From positions 1,320,001 through 1,352,000 of the forward strand of contig CP006868.1 of NCBI GenBank assembly GCA_025340205.1: a stretch of DNA of 32,000 nt. The letters run 5' to 3'. Position 1 is the first letter of the stretch. Every line of letters starts with the position of its first letter. The DNA is from Ignicoccus pacificus DSM 13166 (GTDB taxonomy: Archaea > Thermoproteota > Thermoprotei_A > Sulfolobales > Ignicoccaceae). The notes under the pieces were generated by a model. That model saw only the letters and a list, made by a program, of their open reading frames with translations. It did not search any database and was not told where the DNA came from. Both the position numbers and the translations under genes were made by a program. Positions 24,042 to 31,199 of this stretch are shown in pieces.

Positions 24042-25128
24042 ACAACTGGCTCAACTTCACATTCAAAGAGCCATTGAGCTGGAGAAGCAAGGGAAGAAGG
24101 ACGAAGCGTTGAAGAACTACAAGACGGCTGTGTCGATGATAGAGAAGATACTGGAGCTGTACCCAGACCATATGATGAGGAAAGCGTACATAGAGTCCCT
24201 TGCCAGCATAAAGATGAGGATAAAGATGCTCGAAGGAGAAATGATGGCAGAGCCCGTCGGGACAGATACCGTGGAGGAGGTGGAGATAAGACAGAGGCCT
24301 AAGGTGAGCTTCTCCGACATAGCCGGTCTGGAGGAGGCGAAGAGGGCCATAGAGGAGGCGATAGTGTATCCGATGAAGAGGCCAGACCTATTCCCCTTGG
24401 GATGGCCTAGGGGGATACTGCTCTTCGGACCCCCCGGCTGCGGAAAGACCATGCTGGCTGCCGCAGTCGCCTCGGAGATAGATGGAGAGTTCATGTACGT
24501 AGACGCTGCGAGCATAATGAGCAAGTGGTTGGGTGAGGCCGAGAGGAACGTGGCTAAGATATTCCAAAAGGCTAGGGAGTTATCTATGGATGGTAAGCCG
24601 GTAATAATATTCATAGATGAAGTGGACTCCTTGTTGGGAACTTACTCGAACGAGGTGGGAGGAGAGATTAGGGCTAGAAACCAGTTCCTAAAGGAAATGG
24701 ACGGTCTCCAAGACAAGGGAGAGAACTACAAGGTATACGTAATAGCTGCCACCAACAAGCCTTGGAAGCTGGACGAGGGCTTCATAAGGAGGTTCGATAA
24801 GAGAATTTACATTCCTCCGCCGGACGAGGAGGTTAGGAAGGAGCTGCTGAGGAAGACCTTAGAGAAGCTAAAGTACGACGAAACAGTTGATATAGAGAAG
24901 CTGGCGAAGCTGACCGCCGGCTACTCGGCCGCCGACATAGTTGCCATAGTAAGAGATGCCCATATGAGGACCGTTAGGGAGCTCTTCGAGAAGTACGGAG
25001 GAAGCGGGGATCCCAGGCCGGTTAGCATGGATGATCTGCTCTGGGCGATCAAGAGGAGGAAGCCCAGCATAAGACCGGAGATGCTGAAGCTGTACGAGCA
25101 GTGGGCCGAAAAGCACGGGGCCCTCTGA
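24028..25128 (+). CDS. cdvC: Vps4-like AAA+ ATPase CdvC (MIT domain plus AAA)
   Basis: The N-terminal MIT-like helices read AIELEKQGKKDEALKNYKTAVSMIEKILELYPD. Walker A is GPPGCGKT and Walker B is IIFIDEVDS. The second region of homology and a Vps4 C-terminal helix are present. TTG start overlapping cdvB by 14 nt. Confidence 0.92.
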   Translation: MGKLEQLAQLHIQRAIELEKQGKKDEALKNYKTAVSMIEKILELYPDHMMRKAYIESLASIKMRIKMLEGEMMAEPVGTDTVEEVEIRQRPKVSFSDIAGLEEAKRAIEEAIVYPMKRPDLFPLGWPRGILLFGPPGCGKTMLAAAVASEIDGEFMYVDAASIMSKWLGEAERNVAKIFQKARELSMDGKPVIIFIDEVDSLLGTYSNEVGGEIRARNQFLKEMDGLQDKGENYKVYVIAATNKPWKLDEGFIRRFDKRIYIPPPDEEVRKELLRKTLEKLKYDETVDIEKLAKLTAGYSAADIVAIVRDAHMRTVRELFEKYGGSGDPRPVSMDDLLWAIKRRKPSIRPEMLKLYEQWAEKHGAL

Positions 25129-26724
25129 TCACTCTATCTCTATTACTACCTCCGGAAGCTCCTCCTTGGGTATTCCGAGCTTCTTGGCTATTATCTCCTT
25201 GAGCTTCTCTTCCAAGCTCCTCTCGTCGTACTTCTTCTTCTTGGTCTCCGGGTCTATCGAGAGCACCGATAGGCTTCTAGCCACTTCTGGCACATACTTC
25301 ATGAATGTAATTACCTTCTTCTGGAGCTCCTCCTCCTTCTCCTTCTTAGTCAAGTACCTCTTGAGCTTCCTCGCCACCTCCTGCACGGCTAACCTTATCT
25401 CCCTCTCTATTTCTGGTACTTCCATCACACTCTCCTTACCAACTCCCTTGTAAGGGACCTTAGTGCTGGCTATGTGAACGAGAACTACCAATGGCGCCGG
25501 GAAGCTGACCTTGTAGTTGCTCCAGTCTATGGTCTCTCCCACCACCTTCCAAGCTACGTCGCTCTTCTCATCATACAGCAATGGAATCTTGTTGGCGTAT
25601 CTGTAGAGGACCGGCTGGTCTGCCGGGGGAATTTCTCCTCCGTAGGCTATCCCCACCTCCACGATGAAGGGATGGCCTCCGTAAGCGGAGGGCCTTCTCG
25701 TGACCGCCTCCACGAACTCAGGCTTCAGAACGCTCTTCAGACCTATCTTGATCAGCTCCGCCCCTATTGGAGATAGGGGCTCGGGGCTCGGGGGCCTGAA
25801 CTTCTCATAGCTGTGGAAGGCGTCTACCAACGCCTTGAGCTGGTCGTCGGTGAGCGTCTTAGGGTTCAAGTCTGGCTCAAGACCGGCTCTCTTAAGGAGT
25901 ACTGAAGCGGTCTTGGGGCCTATGCTCTGGAACTCAGTTATTAGCAGTTGCTTCAGAGTCTTCGCTTTGCTTTTGTCTATAATCTGCCTCAGCGCCTCTA
26001 TGTCTATTCCCTTTGGGTGAGGCTTCGCCTCCTTAGGGGGCTCCGGCATCTCGTAGGTCTTCCTAGGATATCGAACCAGTATTCCCTCTGGGGTAATTAT
26101 CGTTATGTCGGCGTATGGAGCTATAATGGCTGTCCTTTTTATGTACTCCAATATCTTTGTCCTAGCCCTTCTCCAGTCTCCTACAAGTTCTATGCTCACT
26201 CTAGTTCCGTGCCAGTCCCCGCTCTTAGGCCATTCACCCTTTTCCGGGACCTCCGGCTCGTTCGTCTTTACGTTAACCTTAACCTTGAACCTGTAGGTAA
26301 ACTTACTTCCCCTAGGAGAGGTTATTACCAAGGTAGGCTTTCCCACGGTCATCTGTCCGTAGAGGACGGCCATCTTTACTCCTAGGCCGTACATTCCCCT
26401 AGTTTGTCTGGCCACATACTTGGAGCTGTAGAGGACCCTTCCAAAGGCGTAAGGAGCCTTGTCAGGGGGAATTCCTATTCCATTATCATCCACGGTCACT
26501 CGATAGATGTTCTTGTCCGGATCCACTGCCTCCACTTGTACCACTATCTTCGGCGGTATCTTGTGGACCTCCGTGGCATCCAAGGAGTTCTCTACGAGCT
26601 CCCTCACGGTCTGGTAGATCGCTCTGGTAGGATTGCCGAAGCCCGCTATCTCCTTGTTCCTGTAGAAGAACTCCGCTGCGCCCATCCCTCTGTACTGCTC
26701 AGCTCTGACCACAGCCTGAGCCAC
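25129..26724 (-). CDS. top6B: DNA topoisomerase VI subunit B
   Basis: The GHKL (Bergerat) fold N-terminus reads EFFYRNKEIAGFGNPTRAIYQTVRELVENSLDA and DNGIGIP, followed by GMYGLGVK, an H2TH region and a transducer domain. Its stop abuts the cdvC stop with zero spacing (convergent). Confidence 0.92.
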   Translation of the reverse strand: MAQAVVRAEQYRGMGAAEFFYRNKEIAGFGNPTRAIYQTVRELVENSLDATEVHKIPPKIVVQVEAVDPDKNIYRVTVDDNGIGIPPDKAPYAFGRVLYSSKYVARQTRGMYGLGVKMAVLYGQMTVGKPTLVITSPRGSKFTYRFKVKVNVKTNEPEVPEKGEWPKSGDWHGTRVSIELVGDWRRARTKILEYIKRTAIIAPYADITIITPEGILVRYPRKTYEMPEPPKEAKPHPKGIDIEALRQIIDKSKAKTLKQLLITEFQSIGPKTASVLLKRAGLEPDLNPKTLTDDQLKALVDAFHSYEKFRPPSPEPLSPIGAELIKIGLKSVLKPEFVEAVTRRPSAYGGHPFIVEVGIAYGGEIPPADQPVLYRYANKIPLLYDEKSDVAWKVVGETIDWSNYKVSFPAPLVVLVHIASTKVPYKGVGKESVMEVPEIEREIRLAVQEVARKLKRYLTKKEKEEELQKKVITFMKYVPEVARSLSVLSIDPETKKKKYDERSLEEKLKEIIAKKLGIPKEELPEVVIEIE

Positions 26725-26900
26725 TCGTTAGCACCCGGGGAACTAGCCCAAACGAGTCTAAAAGTAGCCTCAGGTGAGGAGGTGACTAGCAAGGTAAAGC
26801 TAAAGGAAAACGAGGGACGTGCTAGAGCCGGTATCGATCCCTTATCCTTCATGTTCTATGTAAAGGGGAGTCAGAAAAGCTCGGTCCCTCTGCCAACTCG

Positions 26901-27074
26901 ATGAGGGGCATATGGGTTGTAATAGCGATACTCTTCGAGCTCTTGACTCTGCTCTCTCTAGCTCTGCTCAAGTTCATGGTTGACTTCATTAATGCGTTAT
27001 TGAAGGCAATTAAAGCTATAGTGGGAGCGATGTTAAAGCCGTTTAAGGTAATGGTGAGTTTGGCTAAGAGATGA
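26901..27074 (+). CDS. Small hydrophobic protein (57 aa), below the ORF-track cutoff
   Basis: My translation is MRGIWVVIAILFELLTLLSLALLKFMVDFINALLKAIKAIVGAMLKPFKVMVSLAKR: one TM helix plus an amphipathic helix. It lies 40 nt upstream of the secreted protein gene on the same strand. Confidence 0.4.
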   Translation: MRGIWVVIAILFELLTLLSLALLKFMVDFINALLKAIKAIVGAMLKPFKVMVSLAKR

Positions 27075-27114
27075 GCATATACCTCCTCTCTATTCGTTCG
27101 ACTAGGGTAAGGGG

Positions 27115-28272
27115 ATGAGGGCTCTACTTCCCTTCCTCTTGCTGACGCTAGCTGTCTTCGCGTTGAACTTGAAGCCAACGGCCGATTGCTTAACTGTAGC
27201 CAAGGTTCATCCCGAGGCTGTACTGCTATACCAAGCCCTAAGCGGTTCCCAACCAAACACGGCTCTCCTAGCTATCCTAGACAGCGCGCCAGACAAGCTG
27301 ATCGCAACCCTAAGCTTGAAGCTACTAGGTTACAAGGTAAATCCGAACATGCTCGACGTAGTTACCTTTAACCCTTGCGGCAAGGCAGAGAAGGCGTTCG
27401 TGTACTTCGCCTTAGGCTTGCCGGGATGGAAGGAATTGGCAAAGGAGGTAAGTTCCTTATCGGTATTCCGAATTGAGAACTACGGGCTCGCTTGCGCTTG
27501 CAAGGCCGCCTTCTTCCTAAAGCTGATTGGCTATAAGCCGAGCTGGGTAGGACTTCTCCTCAACTTGAAGCCCAGCGACGTCACTACGGTTGAAGGTCTC
27601 ATCTGGTGCTCTGCGTTACAGAAGGAGTATGGAATAGACACACTCTATGAGACCTTGTTGAAGTACTTGAGTCCTGATGGATGTATCAAGAACGAAATAG
27701 GATTAAAGGACTATGACTTAACCGCTCAGTTCCTAATAGCTTACTCCTTGTTACAATACTGGAACGCTCCGAAGATAACGGCCACTCCAACGACTGCTCA
27801 AGGAGTGACGCTGAAAACGATAACGATCACGGCTACCACACTAAAGACATTGACCAAAACAGTATACGAGACGATAAAGAAGACCGTTGTGGTTACGGTA
27901 AGCGGCTGCATACCCTTGAGTCTAGCGGAGACGAGGGTCTTGTGGGAGTCGACAGAGACCGTGAGAACGGTGGACCTTAGGAACGTACCTTATGCAGTCT
28001 ACCAGATCGACGCATCTAAAGGAGACAGAATAGTAGTCGACTGCAATGGGGGTTGCGGATCTGTAATCGTAGGAGAGAACGTGACCTTGTATCCTCAAGT
28101 GGTGGGAGGGAGCACCACCTACGCCCCCCAAGGGGGAAGCTGGAACTCCGCCCCTTGCGGAAGCCAGCTCGTGTGGAACGCCAAGGGACCAGTAACGGTC
28201 TACGCTCTAGGAAATTGTCCGATTACCTTAACCATAGTTCATTCTGTACCGGAAGTCTACGTATGCAAGTAA
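27115..28272 (+). CDS. Secreted surface protein: signal peptide, helical repeat domain, Thr-rich stalk, Cys-rich C-terminal beta domain
   Basis: The signal-like N-terminus is MRALLPFLLLTLAVFALNL. Helical repeats follow (LKLLGYKVNPNML, FLKLIGYKPSW, LLKYLSPDGCIKNE). The stalk is ITATPTTAQGVTLKTITITATTLKTLTKTVYETIKKTVVVTV. The C-terminal domain, RIVVDCNGGCGSVIVGENVTLY...PCGSQLVWNAKGPVTVYALGNCPITLTI, is similar to that of ORF 7372-8289. Confidence 0.7.
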   Translation: MRALLPFLLLTLAVFALNLKPTADCLTVAKVHPEAVLLYQALSGSQPNTALLAILDSAPDKLIATLSLKLLGYKVNPNMLDVVTFNPCGKAEKAFVYFALGLPGWKELAKEVSSLSVFRIENYGLACACKAAFFLKLIGYKPSWVGLLLNLKPSDVTTVEGLIWCSALQKEYGIDTLYETLLKYLSPDGCIKNEIGLKDYDLTAQFLIAYSLLQYWNAPKITATPTTAQGVTLKTITITATTLKTLTKTVYETIKKTVVVTVSGCIPLSLAETRVLWESTETVRTVDLRNVPYAVYQIDASKGDRIVVDCNGGCGSVIVGENVTLYPQVVGGSTTYAPQGGSWNSAPCGSQLVWNAKGPVTVYALGNCPITLTIVHSVPEVYVCK

Positions 28273-28285
28273 CTTACTAGAAACC

Positions 28286-28295
28286 TTTTTATATT
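28286..28295 (+). promoter_or_regulatory. TATA box (TTTTTATATT) of the vapBC operon
   Basis: A strong A/T box lies about 30-35 nt upstream of the vapB TTG (28326). It is followed by the inverted repeat GGAGTC-n8-GACTCC (28304-28323). Confidence 0.5.
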
Positions 28296-28325
28296 ACTTT
28301 ACAGGAGTCTATACTAGGACTCCCC

Positions 28326-28562
28326 TTGGAAGAAGTGGTAAAGGTTACCAGAAACTATCAGATAACGATACCTGCGACTATCAGAAAAAACCTAAACATA
28401 AAGGAAGGAGACTACGTCAAAGTAGTTTACGACGAAAAGGAAGGGGTCATCAAGATATATCCTATAAAGAGGAAAAGAAGAACTATAAAGTTAGGGAAGA
28501 GGGTCTCCCCCGAGAACATTGAAACCTTAATAGAGGAGATGCTAAATGAGGGTGCTCCTTGA
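28326..28562 (+). CDS. vapB: AbrB/SpoVT-family antitoxin VapB
   Basis: VKVTRNYQITIPATIRKNLNIKEGDYVKVVYDE is a swapped-hairpin AbrB motif. The 78-aa ORF overlaps the downstream PIN gene by 17 nt. Confidence 0.85.
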   Translation: MEEVVKVTRNYQITIPATIRKNLNIKEGDYVKVVYDEKEGVIKIYPIKRKRRTIKLGKRVSPENIETLIEEMLNEGAP

Positions 28563-28944
28563 CACGAACGTCCTAATTTATGACAGCGTTGAAGATTCTC
28601 CCTTCCATGAAGAAGCCTCCAGAATTGTAGATGAAAACGAAATAGCGCTTTCAGACTTGATAATCCATGAGTTCATCTGGGTCATGTTGAAGCTCGGGGC
28701 ACCTCCTTTGTTTATTAGAGAAAAATTGAAAGAATACCTCCAAGAGTTAAACACCTTACTTATCCATGGAAGCTTAAGCGTTTACTCTAAAGCGTTGAAA
28801 TACTTGGAAACGGAAGGCATAAGTTATAAGAGAGTTAACGACTTGATAATAGTATTCACAGCGAAGGAGTACGACTTGAAACTAGCGACCTTCGATAAGA
28901 GGCTGGCCTCATTGGCGAGGAGAATGGGGATAGAAGTATTGTAA
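28546..28944 (+). CDS. vapC: PIN-domain toxin VapC
   Basis: MRVLLDTNVLIY supplies the first acidic residue, and later E/D positions (IHEF, NDLIIVFTA, FDKRL) are present. 132 aa with typical VapC size and context. Confidence 0.85.
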   Translation: MRVLLDTNVLIYDSVEDSPFHEEASRIVDENEIALSDLIIHEFIWVMLKLGAPPLFIREKLKEYLQELNTLLIHGSLSVYSKALKYLETEGISYKRVNDLIIVFTAKEYDLKLATFDKRLASLARRMGIEVL

Positions 28945-29010
28945 AGCTCAGCCACGGGCTGTGTCCTTCACCGCTCAGGGGAGGTTCGTGCTCCTCATCG
29001 CTAAAAACGA

Positions 29011-29259
29011 TTACTCCAGCTTGGCCACCTTTCCTAGAGCTTGACCGGGGAGGTTGGGCTTGAAGACCGCTATAGCTGCTCCTCCCTTCCCGTGAGGCCT
29101 TAGCACCTTACCTATGTACTTGTTACCCTTCTCATCTTCGTAAACTAGCCTCTTGCCCACGGCCTTGCAAGCCTCCTCGTAGCTGGGGAACCTCACTATC
29201 ACTTGATGAGGGTTCTGGTCGTTGGATCCCCTTCGGTAAGACGCGATCACTACCTCCAT
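29011..29259 (-). CDS. rpl35ae: Ribosomal protein eL33 (L35Ae)
   Basis: SYRRGSNDQNPHQVIV...GKRLVYEDEKGNKYIGKVLRPHGKGGAAIAVFKPNLPGQALGKV matches conserved L35Ae blocks (SYRR, GK...HG..GA..A.F...LPGQALG). Confidence 0.9.
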   Translation of the reverse strand: MEVVIASYRRGSNDQNPHQVIVRFPSYEEACKAVGKRLVYEDEKGNKYIGKVLRPHGKGGAAIAVFKPNLPGQALGKVAKLE

Positions 29260-29401
29260 GGTTCTTTCCCCCTCGTGGGGGCTCTGAGAGATTAATTAAG
29301 CTCTGTGAAGCTCGAGACCTTGAGCTTCCTTGCGGAGATTCCCACATCCGTTTAGAATTCTAATTACAGCGCTTTCGAAAGTATATTGTCTTTAGAGTTA
29401 T

Positions 29402-29962
29402 CTACATTCCTAGGAGTTTTATCCCTTCCCTTATCATCTCCAAACTCTTTCCCTTAATGTTAGGAAGAACATACCTCTCCAAGTACTCCTTAGCAGCTTC
29501 GAGTAAGAGCTTAATGTCCTCCCTAGCTTCCTCCTCATCCCTTGGAGCGAAGTATATTCCATCCGGATCCGGTCCGTTGTACTGGTAGGAGTGAAGCTTG
29601 ATAGCGGTATTCGTCCACGGAGATACGTTCCTTATTCCCATTTCTTCCAGAGCTTGAGCCAATCTAGCCATTCTGCTTGTAGGAACTAACACGGCCTTCT
29701 CCCTTATCCACTTCCTCTCCCTTTCATCCTTCGCCCTCTTCAGCAGCTCATCCAAGTTCAAGCAGATCAAGCATGAAAGCAAATCCTTCCAAGCTTGGAA
29801 GGCCTTGCCAGCTGCGTTCCTTGTGTCTCCCTCTTCGAGTAACTCTTTTGTTTTTATCATTTCGCAAACGACATCTATTGCCTTCCTCTCCAAGAACTCT
29901 TGATCGTTTGGGTACTTGCTTTCTTCATTAGCTTTCCTTTGGAGTTCTTCGAGGAGAGACAA
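29402..29962 (-). CDS. PaREP1 family protein
   Basis: EEGDTRNAAGKAFQAWKDLLSCL is the signature helix of the archaeal PaREP1/PaREP8 family. It has an all-helical composition and is 186 aa long. Confidence 0.75.
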   Translation of the reverse strand: MSLLEELQRKANEESKYPNDQEFLERKAIDVVCEMIKTKELLEEGDTRNAAGKAFQAWKDLLSCLICLNLDELLKRAKDERERKWIREKAVLVPTSRMARLAQALEEMGIRNVSPWTNTAIKLHSYQYNGPDPDGIYFAPRDEEEAREDIKLLLEAAKEYLERYVLPNIKGKSLEMIREGIKLLGM

Positions 29963-30183
29963 AGGGGGACCCTCGGTTGAGAACTGATTGTTAGTCTAAA
30001 AAGTATAGAAGTTTCGAGTGATCTTTTTCATTTTCATTTCCCTCTACCGTTCCTATATAGTTATTCATGAAAGACACGTTGGCACCGTTAATTAAGGATA
30101 GACATGCTAAGCTCGGCAAAATGCTAGCTAAGGCTTTCCCTATAGTTTAATCTGTATTTTCACCACGATATAGTGAGAACGAT

Positions 30184-30988
30184 ATGGAAGAGAGAGTGGG
30201 TCTGACTGCGCGAAGGGGGAGTGGAAGCTGATCTGCAGGAGGAGAAAGGTAGGAAAGACGTTCATGTTAAAAGCACTTAAACATTGACTTCTTTGTAACG
30301 ATAACTGAGGACCCTAGCGCCCTTGAATAATTGAACTGGATAAGGCAATGAACGAGGCTATTGAAAGGCTGAAGAAAGGGGAAGCTGTGGTCGTAGATGA
30401 GTTCCAAAGGCTCTCTAGGAAATACTGGCAGCTCCTAGCCTCTCCCCACCCTGAGGGGGCCCTCTACTTGAGTGACTCCTCAATGAAGGTGATCAAGGAA
30501 GCATTCGATAGAAGGAGTCCTCTCTTAGGGTTAGCGATGCCCTTAGAGGTACCCATAATTCGCTTCGCAGACGCTCTAGTAAGCTTGCAGGACTTGAAGG
30601 ATCTGGAAGCTCTGGAGCGTCGATCTAAGGGATCCTTGGATAGTTCCTCACGTAAACCTTAACGGGAAGCCGGGGGAGATAGCCAAGAGGGGTCCCTTGC
30701 TCCTCCAAGCCTCAGAGGGACTGATAGGAGAAGGAGCTGACAAAGCTCTACTCTTTCATATTGAGGTCTCTGAGCGTCATGTGGAGGGCAAAGGACATAG
30801 GAGTGCTTGCGTTCGCTAAGGGCTCGTTAGCTCGATAACTTCTGTGACGAGTGCCTTGGAAACTCTCAGCAAGATGGAATTGGTTGCGAAGGAGAGGTAA
30901 AGGGGTTGACTGGATGATAGATGATAAGGAACTATTGAAGGTGGCTCGAGAGGCTGTGAGGAAAACTCTGACAAATGCTGTAACGTAA
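30184..30988 (+). pseudogene. Decayed archaeal AAA ATPase (Arch_ATPase plus DUF234-type) with multiple frameshifts and stops
   Basis: Fragments lie in different frames. CRRRKVGKTFMLKALKH* is a P-loop GRRRVGKTFL type. VVVDEFQRL is Walker B. SPLLGLAMPLEVPIIRFADAL resembles SPLYGR...l.pl. Later wHTH-like pieces (YSFILRSLS.., KMELVAKER) are interrupted by stops. Only 30348-30662 survives as an ORF. Confidence 0.6.
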
Positions 30989-31199
30989 AACTCAAGCGGA
31001 GATCATGCTAAAGTTAAACTTCTCTTATAAGTTAATAATAATAATGAATTCGGCTAATGATAATGACAAAATATTATATCATGTAGTTGTTTGAATGAAT
31101 ATAATGGATAGTGGGCATCTCAAGAGGTAGAGTCGGCTTATCTTCACTCTATCAACCCCTCCTCCTTCTGAGATAACGGTGACCCCTTTGGTGAATTCC

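Noticed and set aside
26725-26900. A possible tRNA or structured RNA upstream of top6B (GGGACGTGCTAGAGCCGGTATCGATCCC).
   Set aside because: I could not build a cloverleaf, and there is no GTTCRANYC T-loop or acceptor pairing. It is more likely promoter or leader sequence for top6B and the small + strand ORF.
26404-27256. ORFs 26404-26904 (+), 26646-26852 (-) and 26849-27256 (-).
   Set aside because: They overlap top6B, the intergenic region and the signal-peptide gene in shadow frames. Their compositions are R/S/P/L-rich with no motifs.
30905-30975. A GATGATAGATGATAAGG ... CTGA arrangement resembling C/C' and D boxes.
   Set aside because: The boxes read UGAUAG/UGAUAA, not UGAUGA. The segment also lies inside the reading-frame remnants of the decayed ATPase pseudogene.
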